Assembly (NCBI GenBank): GCA_028826165.1
Contig: JAPDFW010000022.1
Location: forward strand, 504,758 to 568,757
Reading direction: 5' to 3'
DNA: 64,000 nucleotides
From: Anaeramoeba ignava BMAN
Taxonomy: Eukaryota; Protista; Anaeramoebae
The position numbers and the translations under genes are program-made. Within the stretch, counting starts at the first letter, position 1, and each line of letters starts with the position of its first letter. This document shows, piece after piece, positions 35,282-49,079 of this stretch. The notes beneath the pieces are model-generated. The model was not told the origin of the DNA. It saw nothing but the letters and a program-made list of their open reading frames with translations, and ran no database searches.

Positions 35282-38200
35282 TCATTTAATATCATAATTA
35301 TTTAGAAGTATTGCTCTATATTCTTCATTTATATTATTATAAAAACTATCCCATTCGCCAACTTCAATTAGAAGTTGTTGTAATTGAAATAAAATGTCTT
35401 TAAATTCCATCAAAAGCTCTAAAGATGGAAATTGATAAAACAAAATAGTCGCAAAAATCGACTCATAATAAGAAACGACAACACTAATGTTGTTGTTTAT
35501 TAGCTTACAAAACCCAAAATGCGCGGTAAGCTTATCTTGCTTGTTCTTAATCTCGCGCAGCAATGCTGACCATTGATCGAAGAAATTTTGAACAAAATAA
35601 GAACACTGTTGAGAGAAGAACAAGCAAAGAGTCGAGAAAGTAACGCATGCGGTTTCCTCCAAACTCTTGATTTACGGGGGAAGCACTGATAATGGCTTGC
35701 AGTTCTTCGAGAATATGCTCGACATAAGGTACAAGTAAATTGTGAAAAGTAAAGCATACTTTGCCAATTGCCCAACATGAATTCTGTCTGACAGACAAGT
35801 TCTGAGACTTTAAAAAGAACACCAACAAAGGAATCTCTTGCTTTATATGCAGCTGCAAAAGATCAGAGTTGTTTATAGCGACAACACCAAGAAGTGCAAG
35901 TGCACTTTGAATTATATCTTCTTCAGGATCACTAAGAACACTAAATAACAAAGAGGGCAAGTTATCAGAGATCATGAGATTCCGTACAGTCTCGTTTGTG
36001 CTTGCTCCCTCAATGATTGATGCTAAAAATTCAAGTGAAGTGAACATGAAAATTTTGTCTGGAAGATCATCTTTTGTGATTCCGAAATTTTCCAAATTTT
36101 GAGTGGAATTGACAATGACATACGAATCAATGATCTTAAGAGATCTTTTCCAGAAATATTCTAAGTACGGCTCAAATCCAGCTCCGATATTTGAGGCTAT
36201 ATAACCTAATGTTTGAAAAAGTGGAATTAAATCATCATCTTCATCACTCACACTTTGTGCAATTTGAACAAGCGGATCCATTATCAATTTCATCAGCTCT
36301 GTTCGCGATAATTCTGTATCTAAAGTCTCACAAAGAGCAGTTATTACTAAATAAAGTGGTTTGTAGTTTTTCTTTTTGTATTTTTGAAACGAAAAATTTA
36401 TCATTTCGAGAATATCTTGAAGGAAACTCGAAATTTTTTCCTGAGAAGATCGAATGAAAATTGCCAAAGCAGAACATGCAGCGTTTTGCACAGATGCTAT
36501 TCTGTCCATTGCGCATATCAAAAGGTCTTTGAGGACATTTTCAAATGTAAAGCTTGTGTTTTGGAAAGATTGATTTTGGTTGTCATTTGAATTGGAATTG
36601 TAATTCAAATTGACAGCTAGAAAATCTATATAGCGAGAAATTGTCCAACAACTAATTACTCGCACGAGATGATGAGGATGTTTCAAGCACTCTGCAAGAA
36701 AGACCATGAGTTTAGGGAGATGCTGTGATATTGCCGATAAACACCCCTCGGAAATGGCTCCTATCGAGAGAATTGCTGCTTCCTTATGTTCCCATCCAAC
36801 TTGCTCATCTTCAAGAATATGTTCAAGATAAGGTAGAAGATGCCCAAATAATTCGTCTTGATAAACCACAGAGAGCTTCTCTATTGCATTGGCTGCTGAT
36901 TTTCTTAAATTCCATTCGCCATTAACATCGTCTTCAATCAAATCATCTTCGTCATCCTCATCTTCTAGTTGTTTTCCATCAAATCCCGTATTTTCATCAT
37001 TTATTTTGTTATTTTGATTGTTTGTAGAAATTCCCTCTTTTTCTTTTCCATTCAAACTTGTCTTTGTTTTGCTTCTTTCTTCAATAAATTCTGAATAAAA
37101 ATTAAATTTTTCAAAATTTTCTCCATCAAGTTGATTTGATGTCAGTTGAATATCTAATGATGTAAAAACCATAGACTCAAGAAGCCTCGGGATTAATTGC
37201 TCGAGAAACGGAACTAAATGGTGTTTCAAATGCTCAATTTGCGAAAAGAAGAACCAGAACTCACAAGCTTCTAATGAAACTTTTGGATCATCATTTTCCA
37301 TCATTTTCATTATTGATTCAATTATTTCATTTATATATTTTTCTACAACTACAGAATAATGTGTTAATAAGAGATTGAAAGCGTGACAAACTTTTCTTTT
37401 AATTTTATCATTTTCTCCTTGAGCAAGAACTATCAAATTCTGATTCCAATTTTGCAAGTTATTATTATATTTTTTAATAAAAAAATTTCAATTTGATTTT
37501 AAAATTTCAATTTGATTTTTACATGAATAAAATTCTCTATTTGTTTTGATAATGAATATTCATTCAGTAAAGTAAATTCTATTAATGAAGATAATGATAA
37601 ATTTTGGATTGTTTTATTTTCATGATGAAGATAATTTAATAATTTTTGGATCAATAATTCAAAATTTTGTTCCATAAATTCTGTTTTGATAACATTTTTT
37701 TGATCTTCTAATATTTTTAAAATACAATCAAGAGAACCTATTATCAAACTTTGATTTTGATTTTCTTGAATCATTTGATACAATAAATCAAATAAATTTG
37801 GCCAAATTCTTATTCCAAACTATTTAATTCAAAAATTCAATTAAAAATTAAAATTCATTTATAAATTGAAATTCATTTAAAAATTAAAATTCATTTATAA
37901 ATTAAAATTCATTTAAAAATTAAAATTCATTTATAAATTAAAATTCATTTAAAAATTAAAATTCATTTATAAATTAAAATTCATTTAAAAATTAAAATTC
38001 ATTTATAAATTAAAATTCATTTATAAATTAAAATTCATTTATAAATTAAAATTCATTTATAAATTAAAATTCATTTATAAATTGAAATTCATTTATAAAT
38101 TAAAATTCATTTATAAATTAAAATTAATTTATAAATTAAAATTCATTTATAAATTAAAATTAATTTATAAATTGAAATTCATTTATAAATTAAAATTAAT

Positions 38201-38774
38201 TTATAAATTAAAATTCATTTATAAATTAAAATTAATTTATAAATTAAAATTCATTTATAAATTAAAATTCATTTATAAATTGAAATTCATTTATAAATTG
38301 AAATTCATTTATAAATTAAAATTCATTTATAAATTGAAATTCATTTATAAATTAAAATTAATTTATAAATTAAAATTATAATTTAAGTTTGAAATAATCC
38401 ACCCATTTATTTACATTCTGAATAATAGAACTAATAACAATTCCACAACTTTGTTGTATTTTTGGTTCTGGATCTGAAATTCCAATTATCATTTGTTCTT
38501 TTACATATTCAATCACATTTTGAAAATCTTTCATTTGAGTTTGTAAAATGTTATTTTTCAAAATTAATCCTGCATTTCTTCTGTTTGTTATGCTTGTTTC
38601 TTGATATAAACAAACAATAAATGCAAGATAATTATTTAAATCTGGAATATTTAAATTCATTTCTTTCATTTTATTTAAAATATTTTTTTGTATTTTTGTA
38701 TTTGGTTTCTTGCTTTCTTCAATTAAATTTTCAACTTCATTTAAAATTTCTTTATTTGGTTTCCACTTATTCAT
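35282..38774 (-). CDS. TNPO1: Transportin / importin beta-2 (Kap104); introns approx. 37820-38414 and 37440-37522; apparent +1 frameshift near 35663
   Basis: MNKWKPN, PDLNNYLAFI, RRNAGLILKNNI, VSLEACEFW, acidic loop then EWNLRKSAA, KEAAILSIGAISEGC, VRVISCWTISRY, NSCWAIG, then LEETA...WSALLREIKNKQDK in the +1 frame. Confidence 0.9.
37845..38380. repeat. Intronic 18-bp tandem repeat (AAATTCATTTATAAATTA) in transportin intron 1
   Basis: Visible 18-nt periodicity, the source of the (LKFIYK)n ORF. Confidence 0.93.
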
Positions 38775-38819
38775 TGGATTTTAAAAAAAATGAAAAATGA
38801 AAAATGAAAAATGAAAAAT

Positions 38820-39505
38820 GAAATAAATGGAATTAATTGAATTAAAATGAAAAATGAAAAATGAAATAAATGAAATAAATTGGAATAAATTGAAATAAAT
38901 TGAAATAAATTGAATTAAATTGAATTAAAATGAAATAAATGAAATGAAAGAAATTGAAATAAAATTAATTAAAATGAAATAAATTGAAATAAAATTGAAT
39001 TAAATTGAATTAAATTGAAATAAATGGAATAAATGGAATTAAATTGGAATAAATTGAATTAAATTGAATTAAATTGAATTAAATTAAATAAATTGAAATA
39101 AATTGAAATGAATTGAATTAAAATGAATTAAATTGAATTAAATTGAATTAAATGAAATAAATTGAATTTAAATGAATTAAATGAATTAAATTGAATTAAA
39201 TGAATTAATTGAAATAAAATTGAAATAAATTGAATTAAATTGAAATAAATTGAATTGAATTAAATTGAAATAAATTGAATTAATTGAATTAATTGGAATT
39301 AAAAATAATTGAATTAAATTGAAATAAATTGAAATAAATTAAATTAATTGAATTAAATTGAATTAAATTGAATTAAAATGAATTAAATGAATTAAATTAA
39401 ATAAATTGAAATAAATTGAAATAAATTGAATTAAATTGAATTAAATGGAATAAATTGAATTAAATTGAAATAAATTGAATTAAATTGAATTAAAATGAAA
39501 TAAAT
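38820..39505. repeat. Intergenic AAATT/GAATT/GAAAT microsatellite
   Basis: Visible 5/10-nt periodic degenerate repeat. Confidence 0.85.
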
Positions 39506-39509
39506 TGAA

Positions 39510-41848
39510 TTAAATAAAATAGATTTCCATTTCTTCAATTTTCCAATCTTTAAAAGATCCTGCTAAATAATTTCTTGCTTCATCTGTTCCATGTACTAAT
39601 CCATTTGGAAGAGAATATGTTGCTCCAAAATCTGTATTTCCACTTGTTAAATTTGGATTAATATAAATATCAGTAAAATATTGATTTTCTTTATCTAATT
39701 CGACCAAATCTTGGACCATCATTTCTATTATAACGAATTGCATAATCTTCTTTTCCTTCTTGAATTTTAAATTTTTGTGGAATATTATTGTTTGGATTTT
39801 TTAAACTGAAAATAAAAGCATTTGGATCTTTAAGATATCTAAAATCACCTGAAGGAAATCCAATTTCTAAAAATCCTCCAAATATATATTTATCAGTTGT
39901 TTGAATAATTACTAATGTTTCCCCTTTATTATCACATTTAGAATGGAATTTTTGTGCTGGAAATCCATCTTTTTTACGTGGAGATTTATCTTTTTTACGT
40001 GGAGATTTATCTTTTTTACGTGAAAATCCGTCTTTTTGAAGTGAAAATCCAATTTTCATTTTATTAAAAAATTCTTCATTTGGAATCCATTCTTTTAATT
40101 TTTTCATAAATTCAATTTCTTTAATAATTTTGGGATTCTTCAAATATTTTATTTAGTTTCTTTTCTTCTTCATAAATTGGTTTCATTCTTTGAATTTGTC
40201 TTTTTTGTTTTTTTTGTTTTTGGATAATTTCATCTTTTTCTTTTTCAATTTTTTGAATTTGATTTTTTTGTTTTTGGATAATTTCATCTTTTTCTTTTTG
40301 GATTTTTTGAATTGCTTCAATTTTGGTTTTTTCATTTGCTTTGTTCAATATAATAGATTTTTGGATTTTTTGTTCTTTTTTTTGATTTTCTTTTTGCATT
40401 TTTTCAAGTTGTTTTTGAGAAAATTCTTTTTGGGTTTTTTGAATTTCGATTACAAAAGATTTTGGAAGAAAGTCCATTTTTTGAATTGTTTCGATATCTT
40501 GATGTTTGATTAATTCAGGATTGATTTTAGAAAAAAATTGTTTAGAAATTACTTTAATTCTTTTTTTTTGATTTTTTTTTGATTCTTCTTTTGATGATTG
40601 TGAATTATTTTGATTTTTAATCCATTTTTTAATCATTTCAAATAATTCAATTCCAATTTGTGTTTTTGTTTTATTTAATTTATCAAGTAAAGCAATCATT
40701 TGTTCTTGATTAAATGAATAGAAATTGTTTTTTTGAATAAAGTTATCAAAATTATTGATAATAAATTTCAAACATTCATTTTCTAATCTTTTTGATTTCG
40801 TTTTTTGATTTGTTGATAAATAATCACAAACATTTTTTTCATTAATATTTTTGATAATTTCATTTTCAATAAATTTGGAAAGTAAATTTAGTTGAAATTG
40901 ATTTGAAAATATCAACATTTCAATTAATCCTGATTTAGAAATTTGAATTTTACTTGTATAAATATATTTCAATATTTTCTTCATAATTGATGTTCTAATT
41001 TCAGGAAATTCAATTTGATTTATTGATTTTTCTTTGAGAAGAAGAGCAAAGTAAGGAGAACGAAAAGATAAAATTGATTTATGAGAATTAAATTGAAATG
41101 ATTCTTTTCCAGATTTGATAATAAAATCAGAATAATTATTATTTTCATTTTCAAATAAATTTTGGAAATCATTTATCAATTTTTCTTTAAGTATTGATTG
41201 GTTTTCATTTTTAATTTCATTTGAATCATTTGAATCATTTGAATCATTTTCATTTGAATCATTTGAATCATTTGTTTCGCTATCTTCACTTATTTCTTCA
41301 TTTGAATCATTTTCATTTGAATCACTTTCATTTGAATCATTTGTTTCGCTATCTTCACTTATTTCTTCATTTGAATCATTTTCAATTTCATTTTGATTTT
41401 GATTTTCATTTTCATTTTCATTTTCATTTTCATTTGAATCACTTTGATTTGAATCACTTTTAGAATTAGATTTTGATTTAGATTTAGATTTAGATTTAGA
41501 TTTAGATTTAGAATTAGATTTAGATTTAGATTTAGATTTAGAATTAGATTTAGAATTAGATTTTGATTTAGATTTAGATTCAGATTCAGATTTAGATTTA
41601 GATTTAGATTTAGATTCAGATTCAGATTCAGAATTAGATTTAGATTTAGATTTAGAATTAGATTTAGATTTAGATTTAGATTTAGATTTAGATTTAGAAT
41701 TAGATTTAGATTTAGAATTAGAATTAGATTTAGATTTAGGCTTTTGAGATTTCTTTAGATTGAATGATTTAGATAAATTGGTGTTTTGATTAGTTGAATT
41801 TATTTGGAAAGTGTTTAATGATTTAAGCATTTGTTTTTTTTTATTCAT
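39510..41848 (-). pseudogene. BTB - coiled coil - TLDc protein, copy 1, broken by two single-base insertions (pseudogene or consensus errors)
   Basis: ORFs 40121-41848, 39691-40143 and 39510-39743 together align with the intact paralog 42140-43873. Extra base in the T-run 40128-40131 and extra base at 39702. Confidence 0.75.
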
Positions 41849-42139
41849 TTTTTATTATTAATTGAAGAAAAAAAAATGAATTTAAAAAATAAAAAAAAAA
41901 GTGGATAATTTTTAAAATTAAAAAAAAAAGGAAAAAAAAATTTTTTTAAATTTAAATTTAAATTAAAATTGGAATTTAAATTAAAATTAGAATTGGAATT
42001 AAAATTTAAATTAAAAATAAAATTAAAATTAAAATTGGAATTGGAATTAAATTTGAAAATTATTTGTGAAATTGTTTGTTGTTAATTTTGGAATTTTGGA
42101 AAAGAAAATATTTAGGAAAAGAAATTGAATTAAATTGAA

Positions 42140-43873
42140 TTAAACGAAATAGATTTCCATTTCTTCAATTTTCCAATCTTTATAAGATCCTGCTAAATAA
42201 CTCTTTGCTTCACTTGTTCCATGTCTTAATCCATTTGGAAGAGAATATGTTGCTCCAAAATCTGTATTTCCACTTTTTAAATCTGAATTAATATAAATAT
42301 CTCTATAATATTCATTTTGTTCTTTATATTCACCAAATTTTGGACCACCATTTTTGTAATAAGCAATCGCATAATCTTCTTTTCCTTTTTGAATTTTAAA
42401 TTTTTGTGGAATATTATTTTTTGGATTTTTTAAACTGAAAATAAAAGCATTTGGATCTTTAATATATCTATCTGAACCTGAAATAAATCCAATTTCTGTA
42501 AATCCTCCAAATATATATTTATTAGTTGTTTGAATAATTATTAATGTTTTCCCTTTATTATCACATTTAGAATGGAATTTTTGTGATGAAAATCCATCTT
42601 TTTGACATGAAAATCCAATTTTCATTTTATTAAAAAATTCTTCATTTTGAATCCATTCTTTTAATTTTTTCATAAATTCAATTTCTTTGATAATTTGGGA
42701 TTCTTCAAATATTTTATTTAATTTCTTTTCTTCTTCATAAATTGATTTCATTCTTTCATTCTCTTTTGTAAGTTCTTGATTTTCTTTTTTTTCTTTTTCA
42801 ATTTCTTTTTTTTGTTTTTGGATAATTTCATCTTTTTCATTTCGAAGATTTTCAACAATTTGTTGTTTTTTTTGTTTTTGATAAATTCTTTCATTTCGAA
42901 GATTTTCAATTCCAATTAAAAATATATTTGGAAGAAATTCAATTTTTTTAATTTGTTTTAATGTTTTGTTTTTTAAACATTTAATATTAATTTTTGGAAT
43001 AAATTTTTCGATAATTTTATTAAATTTTTCTTTTTGATTAATTTCATCATTATTTTTTTGTTCATTTTCTTTAATCCATTTTTCAATCATTTCAAATAAT
43101 TCAATTCCAATTTTTTTGAATTTGATTGTTCCTTTTTCAATAACATATTTCATTTGTTTTTTTGTTAATTTAAATGTATTATTTTGTTGAATAAATTTAT
43201 CAAAATTATTGATAACAAATTTCAAACATTCATTTTCTAATTGATTTGATTTCATTTTTTGATTTGTTGATAAATAATCACAAACATTTTTTTCATTAAT
43301 ATTTTTGATAATTTCATTTTCAATAAATTTGGAAAGTAAATTTAATTGAAATTGATTTGAAACTATCCACATTTCAATTAATTCTGATTTAGAAATTTGA
43401 ATTTTACTTGTATAAATATATTTCAATATTTTCTTCATAATTGATGTTCTAATTTCAGGAAATTCAATTTGATTTATTGATTTTTCTTTGAGAAGAAGAG
43501 CAAAATAAGGAGAACGAAAAGATAAAATTGATTTATGAGAATTAAATTGAAATGATTCTTTTCCAGATTTGATAATAAAATCAGAATAATTATTATTTTC
43601 ATTTTCAAATAAATTTTGGAAATCATTTATGAATTTTTCTTTAAATATTGATTGGTTTTCATTTTTAATTTCAATTAGATCAATTTCATTTTCGATTTCA
43701 TTTTCATTTTCATTTTCATTTTCAATTTCATTTTCATTTTCAATTTCATTTTCAATTTCATTTTCATTTTCATTTTCATTTTCATTTTCATTTGTTTCGC
43801 TATCTTCACTTATTTCTTCATTTGAATCATTTGAATCATTTGAATTTGTGTTTTTTATTTGATTTCTTTTCAT
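42140..43873 (-). CDS. BTB - coiled coil - TLDc domain protein, copy 2 (intact)
   Basis: BTB YSDFII...SHKSILSFRSPYF...ILKYIYT. TLDc KDGFSSQKFHSKCDNKGKTLIII...IFGGFT...DPNAFIFSL...GPKFG...IEEMEIY. Confidence 0.92.
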   Translation of the reverse strand: MKRNQIKNTNSNDSNDSNEEISEDSETNENENENENENEIENEIENENEIENENENENEIENEIDLIEIKNENQSIFKEKFINDFQNLFENENNNYSDFIIKSGKESFQFNSHKSILSFRSPYFALLLKEKSINQIEFPEIRTSIMKKILKYIYTSKIQISKSELIEMWIVSNQFQLNLLSKFIENEIIKNINEKNVCDYLSTNQKMKSNQLENECLKFVINNFDKFIQQNNTFKLTKKQMKYVIEKGTIKFKKIGIELFEMIEKWIKENEQKNNDEINQKEKFNKIIEKFIPKINIKCLKNKTLKQIKKIEFLPNIFLIGIENLRNERIYQKQKKQQIVENLRNEKDEIIQKQKKEIEKEKKENQELTKENERMKSIYEEEKKLNKIFEESQIIKEIEFMKKLKEWIQNEEFFNKMKIGFSCQKDGFSSQKFHSKCDNKGKTLIIIQTTNKYIFGGFTEIGFISGSDRYIKDPNAFIFSLKNPKNNIPQKFKIQKGKEDYAIAYYKNGGPKFGEYKEQNEYYRDIYINSDLKSGNTDFGATYSLPNGLRHGTSEAKSYLAGSYKDWKIEEMEIYFV

Positions 43874-43991
43874 TTTATTTTTTTAATTTTTATTGTTAAA
43901 ATAATGTTTTAATGTTTTTAATTCTAAAAAAAAAATGAAAAAAATTTTTTTGATTTTTTTTTCATTTTTTTTTTCCTTTTTAAAAAACCAA

Positions 43992-45712
43992 ATGAATTTA
44001 GAAAAAAATAAAGAGAATAAAAATGAAAATAAATCAGAAATTGATATTGTTTTTATTTCTGATACACATCAATTCCATGAAGAATTAATATTACCAAATA
44101 AAATTGATAGTAAACAACAAAAAAAAAAGTCAATTAAAAAAAATTTGGATCTTTTTTTTTGAAAATAATCAATAATAATTTTTTGAGGATAGTTTTAATT
44201 CATTCTGGAGATTTTACTTATAAAAGAAAGAAAAAGAAAAATCAAGTGAAAATTTTCAATAATTGGCTTGGCAAACTTGATAAAGAAAAAAAAATTGAAC
44301 ATAAAATAATCATAATGGGAAATCATGAAAATTGGTTCAAATATCGAAGAATGAAAACAAAATTAAAATGGCTTTCAAATGGAATTTATTTACAAAATCA
44401 AACTTATAATGCTTATGGTTTAACAATTTTTGGATCATCTCATAAACCTCGAAAAAAATATTCAAAATTAATTCCAAATTCTGCTCAAATTATTGCTATT
44501 CATGCTCCTCCAAAGGGAATTCTTGATATGCAATATAATGATAAAAGCAGAGGAAATAAAACTATTTATGATTGTATATGTGATTTAAATAAATCCAAAA
44601 AAATGCAAAGAATCAATGCTTTTGGACACAATCATGAAGGTTGATTTATTGAAGAAACAATTTTACAAACAATTTTACAAACAATTTTAAATCCAATTTT
44701 ACAAACAATTTTAAATCCAATTTTAAATTCAATTTTAAATTCAATTTTAAATCCAATTTTAAATTCAATTTTAAATTCAATTTTATATTTAATTTTATAT
44801 TTAATTTTATATTCAATTTTACAAACAATTTTAAATCCAATTTTAAATTCAATTTTACAAACAATTTTACAAACAATTTTAAATTTAATTTTAAATTCAA
44901 TTTTAAATTCAATTTTACAAATAATTTTAAATTCAATTTTAAATTCAATTTTAAATTCAATTTTAAATTCAATTTTAAATTCAATTTTAAATTCAATTTT
45001 AAATTCAATTTTATATTCAATTTTATATTTAATTTTATATTTAATTTTAAATTCAATTTTAAATCCAATTTTATATTCAATTTTACATTCAATTTTATAT
45101 TCAATTTTATATTCAATTTTATATTTAATTTTATATTTAATTTTATATTTAATTTTAAATTCAATTTTACAAATAATTTTATATCTAATTTTATATCTAA
45201 TTTTAAATCCAATTTTATATTTAATTTTAAATTCAATTTTACATTCAATTTTAAATCCAATTTTATATCTAATTTTAAATCTAATTTTAAATCCAATTTT
45301 ATATTTAATTTTAAATTCAATTTTAAATTTAATTTTAAATCCAATTTTAAATTTAATTTTATTAGGTTATGGTATTCAATTTTCTGAAGAAGCTAATTGT
45401 TTTTTTGTTAATTCAACAACAAATGGTTTACCCTCTAATATTCCTATTTGGTTTAAAGCAATTAGAGAAAACGATCATTTTAAATTCTTTCTAATTCAAT
45501 CTGGTTGTAGAATCGATTTTATTGAAAGAATTGGAAGAACTCATAAATTTAAAAGAATTCAAAATTCAAATTTAATTTTAAATCAAAATTCAAATTTAAA
45601 TCAAAATTCAAATCAAAATTTAAATCAAAATTCAAATTCAAATTCAAATTCAAATCAAAATTCAAATCAAAATTCAAATTCAAATTCAAATTCAAATTCA
45701 AATTCAAATTAA
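43992..45712 (+). CDS. Calcineurin-like metallophosphoesterase (MPPED1/2-like), 3 exons
   Basis: Motifs FISDTH, IHSGDFT, IMGNHE, HAPPKG, FGHNHEGYG across introns approx. 44109-44192 and 44640-45365. The second intron is filled by a 12-bp repeat. Confidence 0.9.
44655..45360. repeat. Intronic 12-bp tandem repeat (AATTTTAAATTC variants)
   Basis: Visible periodicity, the source of the (LKLN)n ORF. Confidence 0.93.
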
Positions 45713-45847
45713 AATGTAAATCGAAATTGATGGAAAAGAATAATTTTTTTTTCTTTATTTTCTTTTTAAAAAATTTGATGATTTTTTTTTTGAATTCTTT
45801 TAAAAAGAAAGAGTGGAATAATAATTGTTTTTTGTTTTGTTTTTTTT

Positions 45848-48835
45848 TTAAAATTCATCAGATTGAAGAGAATTTTGATTTGATTTTTTCTTTTCTTGAT
45901 CAATATTATTAGCATTAAGAGATTCAATATCATTATCATTATCATTATCATTATCATTATCATTATCATTATCATTATCATTATCATTATCATTATCACT
46001 TTCATGATGAGAATTTTTTTCATCATTAGATTTAAGTTCATTAATATCACTTAATTCAAGACCATCTTGTTTAAAAATATCATTTTTAAGATTTTCATCG
46101 TCTTGAATTTGTTGGTCTTCTTCTTGATCTTCCAATTTTTGAACACCAGTTTCAACAATATCTCTGACTTCTTGAGTTGGAAGAAAAACAAAGATAAGCA
46201 TCAAAACATAAAAATTAAACATTGCATAAGATGATAAAACCCACATTGGGGATTTGTTTGTATCCTTTATCATCCCAGTTCCAACATAAGCTATCAATAG
46301 AATTGCTAATAAAAGTGTGATGAAAAAAAATGTATAAAATGTTTTTTTCCGATTTTGTTGATTTCTTGCTCGAAATGCTCGAAAGCAAGCATAAATTAAC
46401 CATAAAATATAAAAGCAAAATAATACTATTCCTCCAATTGCTAATCCTTTAAATCCGGGTAAATCATGCATTGCTTGATAGTTTGCATCGCTTCTCATTT
46501 GCAATCTTTGCCAAAATATTAAAGCTGTAACTAAGATAAAGAGTAGTCCAACAAGTGTAAATTTTGGATAATAAAATTTAAAGTTTGTTCTTTGTTCTGG
46601 TTTCTTTTTTTTTTTTAACAAATTTATTAATTAATTTTTATAATTAATTTTTGAAAATATTTTGAAATAAATTGAATTAAATTGAATTGAATTTAATTAT
46701 TTTGAATTTAAATTGAATTGAATTTAATTGAATTAAATTGAATTGAATTGAATTAAATTGAATTGAATTGAATTGAATTGAATTGAATTAAATTGAATTA
46801 AATTGAATTGAATTGAATTGAATTGAATTGAATTGAATTAAATTAAATTGAATTGAATATTGAATTAAATTAAATTGAATTGAATTGAATTGAATTGAAT
46901 TATTTTGAATTGAATTAAATTGAATATTGAATTAAATTGAATTATTTTGAATTGAATTAAATTATTTTGAATTGAATTGAATTGAATTGAATTGAATTTA
47001 ATTATTTTGAATTATTTTGAATTGAATTGAATATTGAATTAAATTAAATTGAATTGAATTGAATTGAATTGAATTGAATTATTTTGAATTGAATTAAATT
47101 ATTTTGAATTGAATTGAATTGAATTGAATTGAATTGAATTGAATATTGAATTGAATTAAATTGAATTGAATATTGAATTAAATTATTTTGAATTAAATTA
47201 TTTTGAATTAAATTATTTTGAATTAAATTATTTTGAATTAAATTATTTTGAATTAAATTATTTTGAAATAAATTGAATTGAATTATTTTATGAAATTATT
47301 TTGAATTATTTTGAATTATTTTGAATTAAATTATTTTGAAATAAATTGAATTGAATTGAATTAAATTAAATTAAATTAAATTAAATTGAATTGAATTGAA
47401 TTAAATTAAATTAAATTAAATTAAATTGAATTATTTTGAATTATTTTATGAAATTATTTTGAATTATTTTGAATTTTATTTTCAATTCGTTTGATTTGTT
47501 TGATATTCTCAAGTTACATAACGGAAAGAATCAAACATAAATAACCAAAATAAAAGTAAAATAGCAAGGAAAATAGTTCCAAATACAACATCTAAAAATT
47601 CAGGAAGCCAATTATTAACAATAACTGTTGAAGGATAAAAAGGATCTAAAAGAATGAAAATTAAAAAGTAAATCAAAAATCAAAAAGAAAAGAAAAAAAA
47701 TTATAAAATAAATTACCATTAAAAAAAATGAGAGAAAATAAAAGAATTGTTAACCATTTTTGTTCAAAAGTATAAACTCTCCAAGAAATATTTGAAGTTT
47801 TATAAATCCAGATTATAAGAAGAAACAAAGAAAGTAAAACATAAGCAAATGCAAAAATAATTTTAAAAACCATAAAGTGTGTATTATAAAATTCAAACTA
47901 AAAAAAATGTAAAAATGATTTATATTTGAATATTTTTGCATATTTTTGAATATTTGTTTTAAAATATTTTTCCTATTTACAATAATTGTTGCTTGATCAA
48001 ATAATTGAGTATCTGTTGTTTTTGGTTCGATTATAAGAGAAAATGTGTAAATTGGATATTCAAGATAAGTTTCATCAACAAAATAAATTTGATCACAAGT
48101 TGAATAAGGCTAGATAAATAATATAAATATTATAAATATTATAAATATTATAAATAATATAAATAATAATAAATATTATAAATATTATAAATATAAATAT
48201 AAATAATAATATAAATAAAATAAAATAAATATAATAAATATTATAAATAATATAAATATTATAAATATAAATATAAATATTAATATAATAAATATTATAA
48301 ATATAATAAATAATATAAATATAATATACTTTGCATTTGATATCTCTTGAATGAGAACTGTTTTTTGTAATTGAATACACTTTTCCTGTTTCTGTAAATT
48401 TTCCTCCAAGATTTAAATTAAATCTTGCACTTAAATCAATTGAATAATTTTTGTGATTATTTAATTCAACACTAATAAAAAGATTTAAATTCATTCTTGC
48501 TAAATTAATAATTTCCTCTGCAAGTTCTATATTACTCTTTAAATATCAAAATAAGATATAAAAAATGAATTTAAAATGAATAAAACGAAAAAATTTTTTC
48601 AACACAAAAAAAAAGTAAAAAAAATATTTTTTAAAAAAAAATAAAAAGAAAAATAAAAAGAAAAACAAACTGTTGGTGCAAAATTTTCAGTTGTTTTTCT
48701 TTCTACTATAACTTCTGGACCAGCAGCACCAATAGAAACAGAAACTATAAGGTAAATAGCATAACCAACAACTAAAGCTGCAATATGTTTGGTTCTAAAA
48801 CCATCAACTTTCATTTTCATTTCAGAATGAATCAT
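45848..48835 (-). CDS. TMEM181: TMEM181/GPR178-like (Wntless-related) multi-pass membrane protein, 6 exons
   Basis: MKVDGFRTKHIAAL...IGAAGPEVI, YTFEQKWLTILLFSLIFFNDPFYP, LLLFWLFMFDSFR, FYYPKFTLVGL, YAMFNFYVLMLIFVFLPT. Exons join in frame. Confidence 0.85.
46660..47480. repeat. Intronic GAATT/AAATT microsatellite in the last TMEM181 intron
   Basis: Visible pentamer array. Confidence 0.9.
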
Positions 48836-49079
48836 TTTTTTTAAAAGAAAAGAAAAAAATGAAAAAAATGAAAAAATAAAAAATAATTTTAAATTGATTA
48901 TTTTTATTAAAATTTAAATTGATTTTTATTTTTAAAATTTAAATTGATTATTTTTATTTTTATTAAAATTTAAATTGATTTTTATTATTTGGTCTTAATT
49001 CAAATTTGTTTTTAAAAATGGGAAAAATTCCAAAAAAAAAAAAAAAATTTCATCAAATTTGATAAAAAAAAAAAAAAAA

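Noticed and set aside
38396-38414. GTGGAT donor after NVNKW in transportin exon 1
   Set aside because: The upstream GTAAAT at 38414 fits the local donor consensus and gives a better transportin alignment
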